Positions 54,101 through 64,000 of a stretch of DNA of 64,000 nt are shown here, piece after piece (the first letter of the stretch is position 1; every line of letters starts with the position of its first letter). The stretch covers positions 200,322,001-200,386,000 of the forward strand of contig OZ024742.1 in assembly GCA_964016885.1 (NCBI GenBank), given 5' to 3'. The position numbers and the translations under genes are program-made. This DNA comes from Eledone cirrhosa (lineage: Eukaryota). The notes beneath the pieces are model-generated. The model made no database searches, was not told the origin of the DNA, and saw nothing but the letters and a program-made list of their open reading frames with translations.

Positions 54101-57100
54101 TTTTTTTTCGGCAAAGCTCTGATTAACTTTTTCAGGTTTCACCTGAAGAGAAAAACGGGGTAGGGAAATGCTGCCTTCCAACCAGTTTCTTGAAAGGTGG
54201 AGGAGAAAGCATGGTCCAATTGAATAAACTTGCTCTGAATATGCACCTGTAAATTGGAGGTGGACAACTGGGAGAGGGCAAATGCCCTAGTGGTTAAGGT
54301 TACTGTGTTTTTTTGTGGGCTTTCTCCATGCATGACCCTTGGAGGTATACCCACTTTTGGGGAATTAATTTTTGATTTTTTAAATCTATTTTTTAGTCTT
54401 TGTTATAAACCTTTCTTTCACACAAAAAATGCACACTGTAATGTCTTGTATCATCTTTGTCCTCTCAATGTAAACCCTGTGTGGCTAATAAAGAAACCAT
54501 TATTATTATTATTGTTGTTGGCAAAATCGGTAGAGCACCAGACACCATGCTTCATGGCATAGAGTTATGTTCCTTTACATTCTGAGTTGAAATGCTGCCA
54601 AAGTTAGCTTTGCCTTTCATCCTTATGGGGCCGATAAAATAAAGTACTAGTAACGAACTGGGGTCGATTTGATCGACTTTCTCCCTCTCTCAAAATTCCT
54701 GGCCTTGTGCCAAAATCTGAAACCATTATTACTATTATTATTATTATTATTATTGGCAGTTAAGGTGGTGGATTGGCAGTATCAGTAGAGAGTCGGACGT
54801 GCTTTGTAGTATAGAGTTACGTCCCTTTTCGGTCTGAGTTCAAATCCTGCCGAGGCTAACTTTGCCTTTCATCTTTACAGGGTTGATAAAATAAAGTACC
54901 AGCAACGTACTGATTCGATTTAATCGACTTTCCCCTCCCCCCCCCCCCCCAAATTACTGGCCTTGTACCTAAACTAGGAATCATTATTATTATTGGCAGT
55001 GGATTGGCAGTATCGGTAGAGGGTCGGACGCCATGCTTTCCAGCATAGTTACGTCCCTTTACGATCTGAGTTCAAATCCCGCCGAGGTTGACTTTGCCTT
55101 TCATCCTTACGGGGTCGATAAAATAAAGTACCAGTAATGCACTGGGTAATTGCTGGCCTTGTGCCTAAAGTAGAAACAATTATTATTATTGGCAGTATCG
55201 GTAGAGTGTCGGACACCATGCTTCTCGGCATAGTTACATCCCTTTACGTTCTGAGTTCAGATCCCACTGAGGTTAGCTTTGTCTTTTATCCTTACGGGGT
55301 CAATAAAATAAAGTACCAGTAACACGCTGGAGTCGATTTAATCGACTTTCCCCTTGCACAAATTTTTTGGCCTTGTGCCTATAGTAGAAATCAAGAAATC
55401 ATTATTATTATTGTTTTGTTGTTTCTGACCTGTTTTTGTTGTTGTTGTTGACAGAGAAGAGGTGTATGGCAATGAGAAAGGCGGTGGTGGCTCTCAACCC
55501 CCTATGATGATTGTCTTCTATCAGAACTACACCAATATTGATCCAAAATGGCATGTAAGACATCTGGGTAAGTACAGCAGTCTCCTATCTGCCTCTAGTA
55601 GTATTTCCATGGAGCAGAAGTAACTACAGGCAAAGCATACACTCATATTTAAATAAAGGGGACATTGGATTAGATGACACTTGTTCTGGCTCTTTGCATG
55701 CCATGGTTGACTTTATTGTATAACGTTTGGTCCCTTGGCTTCTGAGTTTTGCTTGTGATATCACTAATGCCATGTTATATTGTTCCTTCCCATTCCCTAG
55801 GACTACATCATATATAGTGTATATGTAGTGTGAATATATGTGTATGTATATGTGTGTGTGTATGCATGCGTATGTATTTATTTGTATGTACATATATATA
55901 TTTGCGGAGTGGGGAGACCCAAGAAGACCTGGGATGAGGTGATAAAAGCCGACCTGACCCAATTACACCTCTCAAAGGCGATGACACACGACCGTGACCT
56001 CTGGCGTCAAGCAGTAATACAGAGTACCCGACCTCCCATGGGTACAAGCTGAAGCATATAGACAATATGCCCCCACACCCTCCCACTGCAAAGTGGTCGT
56101 GGAGGTGCCACGGTAAAAAAGCACCCAGCCCACACTGTAAAGTGGACGTGTAGGCGCCACGGAAAAAAGCACCCAGCACTCACTGTAAATGAGGAAGGGC
56201 ATCCAGCTGTAGAAATCAAGCCAAAATCAGTTCCTGTATGAGCAAGGCATGGTCAGCCGACCAGACACTGCCCACAACAGGACAACCCGTCTAACCCATG
56301 CTAGCGTGGAAGAACGGACGTAAAACGGTGATGATGATGATGATGATGATGATGATCATCATCATCATCGTTTATATGTGTATATGTATGTTTGTACATA
56401 CACACATACATACATACATATATGTATGTGTGTATGTATGTACATATATACATGTAGAGTCGTTAATGTTGAATAGAATGTTTTGTAGTATTCAATCTGG
56501 CTCTCTGCTCTTTCTGAGTTCAAATCCAGCTGGGCCCAACTTTGTCATTCTTTTGTGCTTGATAAATAAAATCACCAGTCCAGTACTGGGGTCAATTCTT
56601 CTATATTTCTTTCTCATTTCCTCTCTCACTCTTTCTCTCCTGGAGAGGGGATGGGCTTCAGTAGGTTTAAAGTGCCCAAGGCATGCTATATGTCATGACA
56701 ACACCCTCATGACTTCATACACTGTACATACTGTGTATAAATGACTTGTGATGAAACTAGTGATAAGCTGTATTGGTCTTTGCTTTTATTTTAGACACTA
56801 TTGGTAGTGTGAAGAGAATATCCATAGGCAGCATGTAATCTTCCATAATAAACTTTGCTCAGCCCTGGGTATTGGAGAGGAAAGATAGATGGTTTCATGA
56901 GATATACGGAGGCTGTATATATGTGTGTGTGTGTAAGTGTGTGTGTGTAGGTATCATTAAAAACAAGAAAGCGATTCCATTGTTCCATCTAGCGTGCATG
57001 ACTGCACTGTCACTGTATTGGTGCCATGCACATCAAATGTTGTTGCTCTGCAGCTTTGAAATATTGCTGCTTAGTAACTTTGAAATACTGGCAGTCATTG

Positions 57101-57929
57101 CATTCATACAATGCACTTCAAAATATTGCTGCTCAGAAGCTTTGAAATGTTGCTGCAAATTAGCTTTGAATTTGAAATATTTTTGCTCAATTCATCAAAC
57201 ATTGCAAATACAAGCAGCCGAAATGGGGTTCCTCCGAAGGGTCTTTGGAGTCACATTTCTCAATAAAGTGCGTAACTTGGAGATCAGAAAGTCACTCCAT
57301 GTAGAGTTGTACTTCTTCGAATTGAGAGATCACAGCTCCAATAGTATGGGCATGTGGTTAAAATGTCTCAGGAAAGAATCGCTGGACAGATTTTACAGGC
57401 AAAACCAACCAGCAAGAGACACAGGGGTAGACCCTGACTAAGATGGTTGGATAACATCCATGAGCTTGGCTGATCACGCTTGGGGATCCAGCCAGATCAG
57501 TTGGAGACATTTACTTCTGATGTTTGCTGGAATGAGTGTTTGAGGACTCTGCTGCCACGGCCCTTTCAAGAATAAGTGGGCGAAGAAGAAGCATGAAAAG
57601 CATTCCACTCAGTGGCTGGGAAAAATTAGAGGGAGTGTTGACACTAGTAAAAGAATATCATATTGAAACTAAAATTTCAGTAAATTCTTCTTATTTGATA
57701 TTTTAACAACATAACTGACTTTCCTGTGTTTATTTTTGTGTCTCTTTCTGCAGGAATGACATCAGGAACAAGTTACTCTAAACAGATTGTCCAGCATGCC
57801 AAGTTACTGCATTGGGACGGACACTTCAAGCCATGGGGCCGCGTTGCTCAACATTCTGCCATTTGGGACAAGTATTTCATACCAGATCCAACTCACAAGT
57901 TTAAGCCGGTCCGTAAAACAACTGTATAG
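25296..57929 (+). CDS. GLT8D1: GLT8D1/GLT8D2-like glycosyltransferase family 8 protein, type II membrane; 9 coding exons, 1065 nt, about 354 aa
   Basis: Exons 25296-25320, 34519-34617, 37273-37450, 41711-41828, 43092-43179, 44227-44327, 46161-46327, 55455-55567 and 57754-57929 splice in frame. Motifs: YARYFLP, IYMDSD (DxD), AAFSEEC, WHVRHLG, LLHWDGHFKPW, YFIPDPT. D1 versus D2 cannot be resolved for an invertebrate gene. Confidence 0.94.
26690..27010 (+). mobile_element. RTE-type LINE extreme 3' fragment with (GAA)n tail
   Basis: Similar to 19460-19775 and 57270-57590. Confidence 0.75.
28755..29106. repeat. Inverted repeat, about 110-125-nt arms with about 115-nt spacer
   Basis: 28755-28879 versus 28995-29106. 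Confidence 0.9.
28863..28927 (-). ncRNA. Minimal type-I hammerhead ribozyme motif
   Basis: TATTTTGT-CTGATGA-AGGCATACCA(TAATTTAACT)TGGTATCCTT-GAAA-TATGT-ATA/ATGAAATA; stem I 8 bp including 2 G-U pairs. Confidence 0.7.
29250..29413. mobile_element. hAT-like MITE
   Basis: Ends CAGCCATGGGCAAACT / AGTTGCCCATGCCTG; target-site duplication not recognisable. Confidence 0.6.
30717..31105 (+). mobile_element. Full-length tRNA-derived, CORE-like SINE (family B) with RTE-type tail; similar - copy at 17565-17893
   Basis: A-box TGGCTTAGTGG, B-box GAGTTCAATTC, CCTTGAGCAAGACACTTTA core, tail GGACGTAAAAC..(TGA)n. Confidence 0.85.
32207..32957 (-). mobile_element. Degenerate mariner transposon, 5' part
   Basis: HTH peptide PTVRMISEAVGISTGTVETI…KICAKFMPKILSDNQRQLR; mariner-like TIR CGAAGTATGTTTAATAAGTAATGAGA near 32930-32957. 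Confidence 0.8.
33240..34375. mobile_element. SINE family A cluster, including a head-to-head inverted pair (34085-34375)
   Basis: Repeated consensus blocks on both strands. Confidence 0.88.
34519..34617 (+). CDS. GLT8D1: GLT8D-like exon 2, transmembrane helix (VGFIIFLVWLLTLLYLWFPAIKGTKGWSWITYK)
   Basis: TTCTCCAG acceptor, AAG|GTAACC donor, hydrophobic stretch. Confidence 0.88.
34665..35435 (+). repeat. Degenerate GT-rich minisatellite (about 45-50-bp unit with CTGTGATG.TGGTGG..GTGTTTGGTA)
   Basis: Repeated motifs. Confidence 0.7.
35480..36400 (+). repeat. 27-bp minisatellite (ACCCACATTTCACAATTCACATTTTAT)n; resumes at 37080-37260
   Basis: Clear 27-nt periodicity at 35840-36190, degenerate flanks. 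Confidence 0.9.
36405..37075 (-). mobile_element. RTE-type LINE 3' fragment (same family as 18990-19775), inserted into the 27-bp minisatellite
   Basis: Reverse-complement similarity to 19030-19770. Confidence 0.8.
37273..37450 (+). CDS. GLT8D1: GLT8D-like exon 3 (…IHVVLASDEHTIGGMIATMNSIHLNTKHNVKFHLI…DHL)
   Basis: Matches the GT8 N-terminal strand/helix; AG acceptor, GTGAGT donor. Confidence 0.94.
38715..39071. mobile_element. TA-flanked MITE (relatives at about 7940-8235 and 49210-49590)
   Basis: Inverted ends ACTCTCGGGTC / GACCCGAGAGT; internal similarity to the other copies. Confidence 0.65.
39538..39791. mobile_element. About 250-bp TTAA-flanked MITE family (other degraded copies near 10285-10955, 21774-22020, 37925-38247, 40370-40560, 43957-44203, 44406-44870)
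   Basis: TTAACC..TGATACCAA start and GAAATATG.TAA.GAAAGGGTTAA end shared among copies. Confidence 0.65.
40659..41251. mobile_element. hAT-like non-autonomous element with internal duplication
   Basis: CAGTGGTTCTCA … TGGAAACACTG ends; about 180-bp internal tandem duplication. Confidence 0.5.
41711..41828 (+). CDS. GLT8D1: GLT8D-like exon 4 (VWLTKTKLQQTNYEVKPFREEWVKGKIKIRSGRKELSNP)
   Basis: TTTTAG acceptor, GTGAGT donor, phase consistent. Confidence 0.92.
41872..42594. mobile_element. Tc1/mariner-superfamily MITE
   Basis: Inverted ends CTGTATATACTCAAATATAAGC / GCTTATATTCAAGTATATACAG, followed by TA. Confidence 0.7.
42984..43062 (+). repeat. 4 x 19-bp tandem repeat CAGTTTTATGCTGACTGTC
   Basis: Direct reading. 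Confidence 0.95.
43092..43179 (+). CDS. GLT8D1: GLT8D-like exon 5 with DxD motif (LNYARYFLPKLFPNLTKRVIYMDSDCIVQG)
   Basis: GT8 signature; CAG acceptor, GTAAG donor. Confidence 0.96.
44227..44327 (+). CDS. GLT8D1: GLT8D-like exon 6 (DISELNSMKFKPGHFAAFSEECTGISKRLTLLK)
   Basis: KPGHxAAFSExC motif; CAG acceptor, GT donor. Confidence 0.94.
44538..46070. mobile_element. SINE family A: one + copy (44538-44725) and a tandem run of about 5 - copies (45065-46070)
   Basis: Consensus blocks separated by (AAT)n. Confidence 0.9.
46161..46327 (+). CDS. GLT8D1: GLT8D-like exon 7 (NNYVEYIDFK…CSFSTGLMV…WMTLNTK)
   Basis: CAG acceptor, GTAGGT donor; aligns to GLT8D NY.GYLD…CSFNPG. Confidence 0.94.
46345..46820 (+). 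repeat. (GGT/GAT/AGT)n low-complexity tract
   Basis: Direct reading; source of the spurious poly-V/H/G ORFs. Confidence 0.95.
47574..48187 (+). mobile_element. Retrozyme/Penelope-pLTR-like element: two about 200-nt direct repeats, each with a hammerhead motif whose GAAA reads AAAA
   Basis: Repeats 47574-47779 and 47987-48187; GAGCTGTG-CTGATGA-AGGGTGATACCCC-AAAA-CATTAGT-GTC/TGCAGTTC; flanked by (TA)n. Confidence 0.65.
48258..48643. repeat. Long palindrome, about 193-nt arms with a 1-nt centre (48451), between TA runs
   Basis: Arms are reverse complements with a few mismatches. Confidence 0.95.
50527..50812 (-). mobile_element. CORE-like SINE (family C); other copies at 16118-16388 and 24725-24950
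   Basis: Shared core GTGTTCTTGAGCAAAACACTTCATTTCACGTTGCTCCAG; distinct 3' tail. Confidence 0.8.
51055..51118. repeat. (TA)n microsatellite, about 32 units
   Basis: Direct reading. Confidence 0.95.
51110..52341 (+). mobile_element. Non-autonomous Helitron-like element embedded in (TA)n
   Basis: 3' end CCCTGTGCAATGCCGGG (hairpin-like) followed by CTGCTGCTAGT; no TIRs; starts after a long TA run. Confidence 0.55.
54515..55410 (+). mobile_element. Tandem run of 4 SINE family A copies
   Basis: Consensus blocks joined by (ATT)n tails. Confidence 0.9.
55455..55567 (+). CDS. GLT8D1: GLT8D-like exon 8 (EEVYGNEKGGGGSQPPMMIVFYQNYTNIDPKWHVRHLG)
   Basis: PP..IVFY…IDP.W.VRHLG motif; CAG acceptor, GTAAGT donor. 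Confidence 0.95.
55905..56355 (+). mobile_element. 3' end of RTE LINE (GVGRPKKTW, 3' UTR, (TGA)n tail)
   Basis: Similar to the reverse complement of 58950-59540 and to the SINE tail at 30885-31105. Confidence 0.8.
57205..57590 (+). mobile_element. RTE-type LINE 3' fragment with (GAA)n tail
   Basis: IQAAEMGFLRRVFGVT peptide; similar to 19395-19775. Confidence 0.8.
57754..57929 (+). CDS. GLT8D1: GLT8D-like terminal exon 9 (…AKLLHWDGHFKPWGR…YFIPDPTHKFKPVRKTTV*)
   Basis: HxxGxxKPW motif; CAG acceptor; TAG stop. Confidence 0.96.
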
Positions 57930-58175
57930 CCACCAGCTCTTCCATCACTGCCACCACCATCACCACTATGACTTGAACAACAACAGTACCATACTCACAC
58001 TTCACTATCCCAACCACCAGCTCCACTAGTAGAACAACACCAACACTACCACATACACACTTAAAGATTACTACATTGCTACTAGTACTACTATAGTACT
58101 ACACACTACTACCACTTACAGAACTAAGACCTACACAATTTTACAACCCTACATCACTACTATTACTACAGTACC

Positions 58176-58209
<34 letters not shown>

Positions 58210-58494
58210 ACATACTACTAGTAGTAGTAGAATAACAACAGTACCACACTCACATTTCAAGAGACCTACATTATCACTTTTTCTGCTGCTGATAATACTC
58301 AGTTTTGTTTAAGATGATTAATATTATTAATTAAAATAATTACAATTATTCCATTTTCTAAAAAAAAAAAACATGTATTGCTTTTTTTGTTATTTATTTA
58401 ATTTTCAAAGGTATTGGTTTCATTGTTTTGACTGAGAATGCTAGGTCACTTATGCCTTGAAGGCTTTCAAACAATTATATCAAATCCAGTAAGG

Positions 58495-58830
58495 GTAAAG
58501 ATCCTCTTCGGTCACGAATGACCATGGAATTTTGCACCTACAAAGTTTCCCTCCGAGGCACAAGTCCAGGCAAGGTTGTTTGGGGAAGACCACCAGTTGC
58601 CAATTTATACCAGCCTCCCTTCTCTACGCCACCGATGTTGTCCAAGGGAAAGGCAATGGCCGATACAGCTTGACACCAGTGATGTCGTAACTCATTTCTA
58701 CAGCTCAGAAAACTGGAGCAACGTGAAATAAAGTGTCTTGCTCAAGGAAACAATGCATCACCCGGTCTGAGAATCGAACTCACAACCTTATGATTGCAAG
58801 CCCAATGCTCTAACCACCAAGCCATGTGCT
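58495..58830 (-). mobile_element. CORE-like SINE (family D tail); relative at 29420-29725
   Basis: Same head and core as family B with a different 3' part. Confidence 0.7.
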
Positions 58831-58937
58831 TTCACAGTACTTTACCTCATATAATAGATGCATATTATCCTCATCGTCATCACCGTTTAATGTCCATTTT
58901 TCCTCACTAGCGTGGGTTAGACAAAAGTATATACAAT

Positions 58938-61890
58938 ATCATCATCATCATCATTTAACGTCCATCTTCCACGCTTGCATGGGTTTGGATGGGAATTTTC
59001 CCACTTGAGGCAAGATTGGTTGTCTTGCTCGTATAGGACTGTCTTGCCTCAAGTGGGAAAATTCCCGTCCAAACCCATGCAAGCTCGTATAGGACTGTCT
59101 GGCGGGTTTTCTACGGCTGGATGCCCTTCCTAACACCAACCACGTTTACAGTGTGGACTGGGAGGTTTTTACCGTGTTACCTACACGGCCACATTACAGT
59201 GTGGACTGTGTTTTTTTGTCGTGACACCTACACAACCTCATTTATTTCGGACTGGATGTTGTGGTACCAACATAACTTTACATTGAAAGGGGTGGTGTGG
59301 ATGGGGTGGGGGTAGTGGGACGGGGGTTGTTGTTGTTGCTGGTGTTGGTGTTGGTGTTGTTGTTGTTAGAGGTGCCTACTGACTATAGGTTTCGCTTTGT
59401 ACTTAGGCAAGGCGGGTTTTCTGTATTACTGTGTAGCGCCAAAGATCTCGGTCCAGTGACATTGTCTTGGAGAGGTGTAAGTGTGTGAGGTCGGAATTTA
59501 TCAAGTCGTGCCAGGTTTTTCTGGGTCTGCCTACTCCGTGGCTACCGTCTATTTTTATCGCCCTGCACTTTTTTATACAGCTGTCGTCTTTCATGCGCAT
59601 CACGTGATCGTACCAACGTAGTCTTCTCTCGAGTAAACATCTGATCCTCTTATTCCTAATTTCTCCCTTAGTTCGTTTATGCTTTGCCGTTCACGTATAT
59701 TACTATTACACATCCAGCGGAGCATGCAAGCTTCGTTCCTCTCCAGTCTGCGTATATCCTCTGCACACAATACCCAAGTCTCACTGCCATGTAACATTGC
59801 TGTTCGTATGCAGGCATCATACAGCCTGCCTTTTATTTTTAGAGAGAACCCTTTAGCGACCAATAGTGGTATAAGCTCTCGGAACTTTTTCCATCCCGTT
59901 CTGACTCTAGCTACTGTACTTTTAGAGCACCCTCCACCACTGCTGATTTTGTCACCCAGGTAACGGAAGGTGTCCACTGTTTCTATAGAACCATCTGTGC
60001 AATGGAATGAGCTAGTATTCTGTGGGTACTTGCTGCTACTTATTGCACCAGAGTACCGGCCACATAAAATCTATATTCTTAGTTAGCTTACCTGTGATCC
60101 CACTACATCTTTTATGCACCCATACTTTGCATTTGGGACGTAAAATGGAGTTTCTGCCTACTTCTTTCCTACACACTGAGCATGGCCATTTCCCAGATGG
60201 GACCAGTGCCCTATTTTCCTTCCTACAAACTAGAACTTTAGTCTTAGACAGGTTAATTTTAAGGCCTTTTGATTCTAGGCCATGCTTCCATGTTTGGAAT
60301 TTCTTCTCTAGTTCAGCCATTGATTCAGCTATGAGCGTTAGATCATCTGCGTATAGGAGTTTACATGGGCAGCCGGTCTTGAACTCCTCTGTTATAGCCT
60401 GAAGGACAATAATAAAAGGTAGGGGGCTAAGAACGGAGCCATTATGAACACCAACTTTTACGCTAAACTCTTCACTATATTCGTTGTTAATTCTAACCTT
60501 TTTGACTGTTTCTTTATACATGGCTTGTATAGCTCTCACAAGCCATTCATCAACACCTAGTTTTCTAAGAGCCTACCAGATAATGGAGCGGGGGACTCTG
60601 TCAAAGGCTTTCTCCAAGTCAACAAAAGCTAAGTATAGGGGTTTACTTTTAGCTAGGTACTTCTCCTGTAGTTGTCGTACAATGAAAAGAGCGTCTGTGG
60701 TACTTTTACCTGACACAAATCCGAACTGCATTTCATCTAGATCAATTCGCTCTCTGATTAGTTGCGCTATTACTTTTTATGTGACCTTCATGACCTGGTC
60801 GATTAATTTAATGCCTCTATAGTTACCTCTATCTAGGGCATCTCCTTTATTTACCCTTGTAGCAGTTAATGATGATGCTGCTACGCCAGTCCTTCGGAAC
60901 GACCCCATTCTGTATGAATTGGTTTACTATCCGGGTGACCATAGTGTGTCCCACCGTTCCAGATGCTTTCAGCATTTCAGCAACTATTTCCGAAGGCCTA
61001 GCCACCTTACCCGTCTTCATATCTTTGATTGCTTTACTTAGCACTGCTGGTCCCTCTATTGGATCGATGTGGGGGAGACTGTCTTTCTCCCATTTATTCT
61101 CCTCATTTAGTAGCCTTTCGTAGTGACACTTCCAAGCTACCTTCTTATCAGCGTCAGTGATAGCAAGTACACCATCATCATTAAGTACACACTTCTCCCC
61201 GACAATGTCACGGTTTTCCTTGACACATTGCCTAGCAATCCTGAACACCTCACGTTTTTGGTCCTCGCGTTGTAGAACATGCTTGAACTTTCTTTCCTCT
61301 GCTTCCCTTCTTACGAAGTACACTTGTCTCCTAGCTTCCCTCCTGGCCACTTGATAGTCTTCTCTACTTCCCCCATCCTGCCATACTTTCGAAGCCTGCT
61401 TTTTGGTCTTAATTGACTCCTCCACCTTACTGTTCCACCATCACGTTACTCTCCTCCTGCCTATAGGTCTGCTCCAGCCACAGACTTCATCTGCTGCCTT
61501 CAGCAGGTTAGCTTTCAGGAATTCCGACTGTTCCTCTATATTGTATGACTCTAATTGCTCTTCCTTACTGTCAAAAGCATCAAGTATTATGCTTTTAAAT
61601 TTATTACTGGTTGTGGAGTCCTTTAACTTCCAGATTTTTCTCTTGAGGATAGTCGCCCTCTGTTGTCGAGTACGTCTTGTCCTGACTATGAGGTCGCTGA
61701 CTATGAGTCTATGTTTGGAGGTGCATTCTTCATGGGGGAGGGATTTAGTGTTTACAACGTGTTTATCACGTCTTCTGGTAAGGATATAATCTATCTGACT
61801 GGCGTGTTCCCCTGATCTATAGGTGATCAAGTGATTGTCTCGTTTTTTGAAGTTAGTGTTACAGATAGTTAGGTTATTTGCGTCAATATG
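58938..61890 (-). mobile_element. 5'-truncated RTE-clade LINE (end of APE, RT with YADD, Cys-rich insert, 3' UTR and (TGA)n tail), several frameshifts
   Basis: ORF pieces: ITYRSGEHASQIDYILTR; GVHNGSVLSPL..LLYADDL; CSVC…CKVWVHKRCSG; FRYLG; LHGSETW; GRPRKTW; tail GGACGTTAAA(TGA)n. Confidence 0.93.
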
Positions 61891-61901
61891 TTTATGAATA
61901 T

Positions 61902-62124
61902 TGGTTTCTGATTTAAGCACAAGGCCAGCAATTTTGGGTGGGGAGTGGAATGTCGATTTAATCGACCCCAGTGTGTGACTGGTACTTATTTTATCGACCC
62001 TGTAAGGATAAAAGACAAAGTTAATTTTGGCAGGATTTGAACATAGAACATAAAGGGCCATGACTCTATGCTGCAAAACAGGGCGGCTGATGCTCTACCG
62101 ATACTGCTAATCCCCCCCCCCCAC
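61902..62124 (-). mobile_element. SINE family A copy abutting the LINE 5' truncation
   Basis: Reverse-complement consensus; explains the chimeric N-terminus of ORF 61441-62076. Confidence 0.85.
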
Positions 62125-63063
62125 TAATATATTTATGAATAATAACCATTCCTAAGTTTTGCTCATAAACATTCATAAGTCTTGCTTATAAGCATTCATA
62201 AGTCTTGCTTTGGGTATTTTTGCTTCAATAACCAAAGTGTAACTGACATGATCACAGCCTAAAATACCTACAGTGAGACTTATATATGTTTATTATACAT
62301 AAACATATTGTATATGAAAATTAGTATTAGTACTCCAACATAGCATTAAACACATATATATACGTGTTGTATTTCGGATAATATAGAGGGCGTTTATGAA
62401 AAACTTTTGACAGCCATCTGCCATGAATTTTTAAGGTTGTGACCACTGTTGTACATCCTTAGGCTCAGCAATAACAAGGGGAAGTAACTGACAACGTTGT
62501 TTCTCACTTGTTTGCAGTTGTTAAAGCTACATATCCACCTAGTTTTTGCTGATACAAAAATTAGCTAAACTCTAATAGATTTCTCGTTTATGTATATGAA
62601 CTGACGAAGCTCATTTGCATCTGAAGCAATTGGAGTTCGAAATGACAGCTGTAGAAATCAAGCCAAAATACAAATTCTGACTTGTCTCATAATGTGACAA
62701 CCCATCTAAACCATACAAGTGTGGAAAAATAGACATTAAATGGTGATGATGATATATTTATATATGGCGAATTGACAGTTATTAGGATGTCGGATAGAAT
62801 GTTTTGGGGGTATTCGTTCCAACTCTGTGCTGTTCAAATTTGGCCAAGGTCAACTTTACTTTTCATCCTATTCGAGGTCAATAAAAAAGTACGAGTCTAG
62901 TACTGGGGTCGATTATTCCTTTATGTCCTTTTCTCAATTCCTCTCTATCACTCTTTCTCTCTGGAAGAAATCAGCTATGTTCAGATCTGGAGAGGAGATG
63001 GGCTTTGTCAGGTTTTAAAATCAATGGCCAAGAAACTCTACTGAATATCATCAGTTGTTTAGG

Positions 63064-63550
63064 ATCTATTTTTCATTACATGCCACAATGCGATCAAGAA
63101 ATGGCCTGTTTTTGTTGTGCATAAAAGGGGTTAACGTATGTTGATGCCCTAAGGACAGACACTGGTCTGTTGGAGATGCGGGACATGGCAGCGATAATGA
63201 GGGACAGAGACCGCTGGAGAGAACTCGTCCATGGATCTCGGGAATTTTACCCGCCTTAGATAGATAGAAAAGGGGTGAAAGAGCAGACATAATAACAGCA
63301 ATTTATCTGGTTTACGTTTAATTCGTGTAGCACACATTTTTCAAGCTGCTTCGACTTTCCAATTCGGTTCAAATGTTCAGAAATTGTATCTAGCACTCCT
63401 GCAAGTCTTGAACAGTTGTGTGAGGATTTGCTTCCACCAAAGTCTTCAATTAATTGTCGTTAATGGCAGAAGGACGTCCACAATGTTTCTCATCTTCAAA
63501 GGTGAATTCACCACAGCAGAATTTTTTAAATCAATGTTACACTGGGTAGA
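63064..63550 (-). mobile_element. Degenerate mariner transposase fragment, interrupted by a short LINE-like piece (about 63130-63290)
   Basis: PFLDRIVACNEK (mariner FLxRIVTxDE motif); upstream LEDEKHCGRPS-like segment. Confidence 0.7.
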
Positions 63551-64000
63551 ATATTTTCATACACACACACACACACAAAGTATACAAGCACATGCATACA
63601 TATATGGTACAAACAATGTCATTTTACCTGTACAAGTTAATATAAAGATAACTTTTCACATAAATTTTATTAAGATAAATTTTATTACAGTCATACATGA
63701 TCAGGTTTTAGAAAGGTCAGGGGAATCCACCGAATAGAAATAGAACCGAATTATATTTTAACTTAGGGAATGTTTTAAGCTATGGTCTATTTACAAGGTT
63801 CAAGTAAATCCCTTGCTGGAATGTTGCACATATAACTGCTATACCAAAAATTATTAGTTAGTTTTACCATAAAAGGCACTCAATACATGGGTAGAAGTGA
63901 TGTCCGAATGAGTATCTTCCATTACCAACTAACTTACACTCTGCCCCTGGGTACCGGCTGACAGGGTGGATAATGCATTGCCCATTTGATATTACCAGAT

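Noticed and set aside
56872-57441. 189-aa ORF
   Set aside because: Low-complexity and tandem sequence fused to an RTE fragment within GLT8D intron 8
61441-62076. 211-aa ORF as a novel gene
   Set aside because: Chance read-through from a SINE into the RTE endonuclease remnant

Overview
AT-rich, repeat-dense eukaryotic DNA. The SINE, RTE and microsatellite repertoire suggests an octopod cephalopod (inference). It holds two divergently transcribed, multi-exon genes, both reconstructed by hand with phase-consistent splice sites. (1) On the minus strand, the first 11 coding exons of NOP2/NOL1/p120, the rRNA m5C methyltransferase (ATG 22206; runs off the left edge). Its sixth coding intron is a U12-type AT-AC intron (7783-8816). 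(2) On the plus strand, a complete 9-exon GLT8D1/2-like GT8 glycosyltransferase (25296-57929, about 354 aa). A GC-rich, 5'-truncated CRE-like (RLE-endonuclease) retrotransposon lies between the two starts. Introns hold tRNA-derived SINEs, RTE LINE pieces, piggyBac/mariner/hAT/Helitron-type non-autonomous elements and mini/microsatellites. The most unusual signal is a set of unrelated long fold-back palindromes and one direct-repeat element, mostly next to (TA)n. Several carry minimal type-I hammerhead ribozyme motifs (14144-14340 on both strands, 28863-28927, 47605-47656, 48018-48066, 62601-62645), consistent with Penelope-like or retrozyme origins. Most ORFs in the supplied track are spurious.
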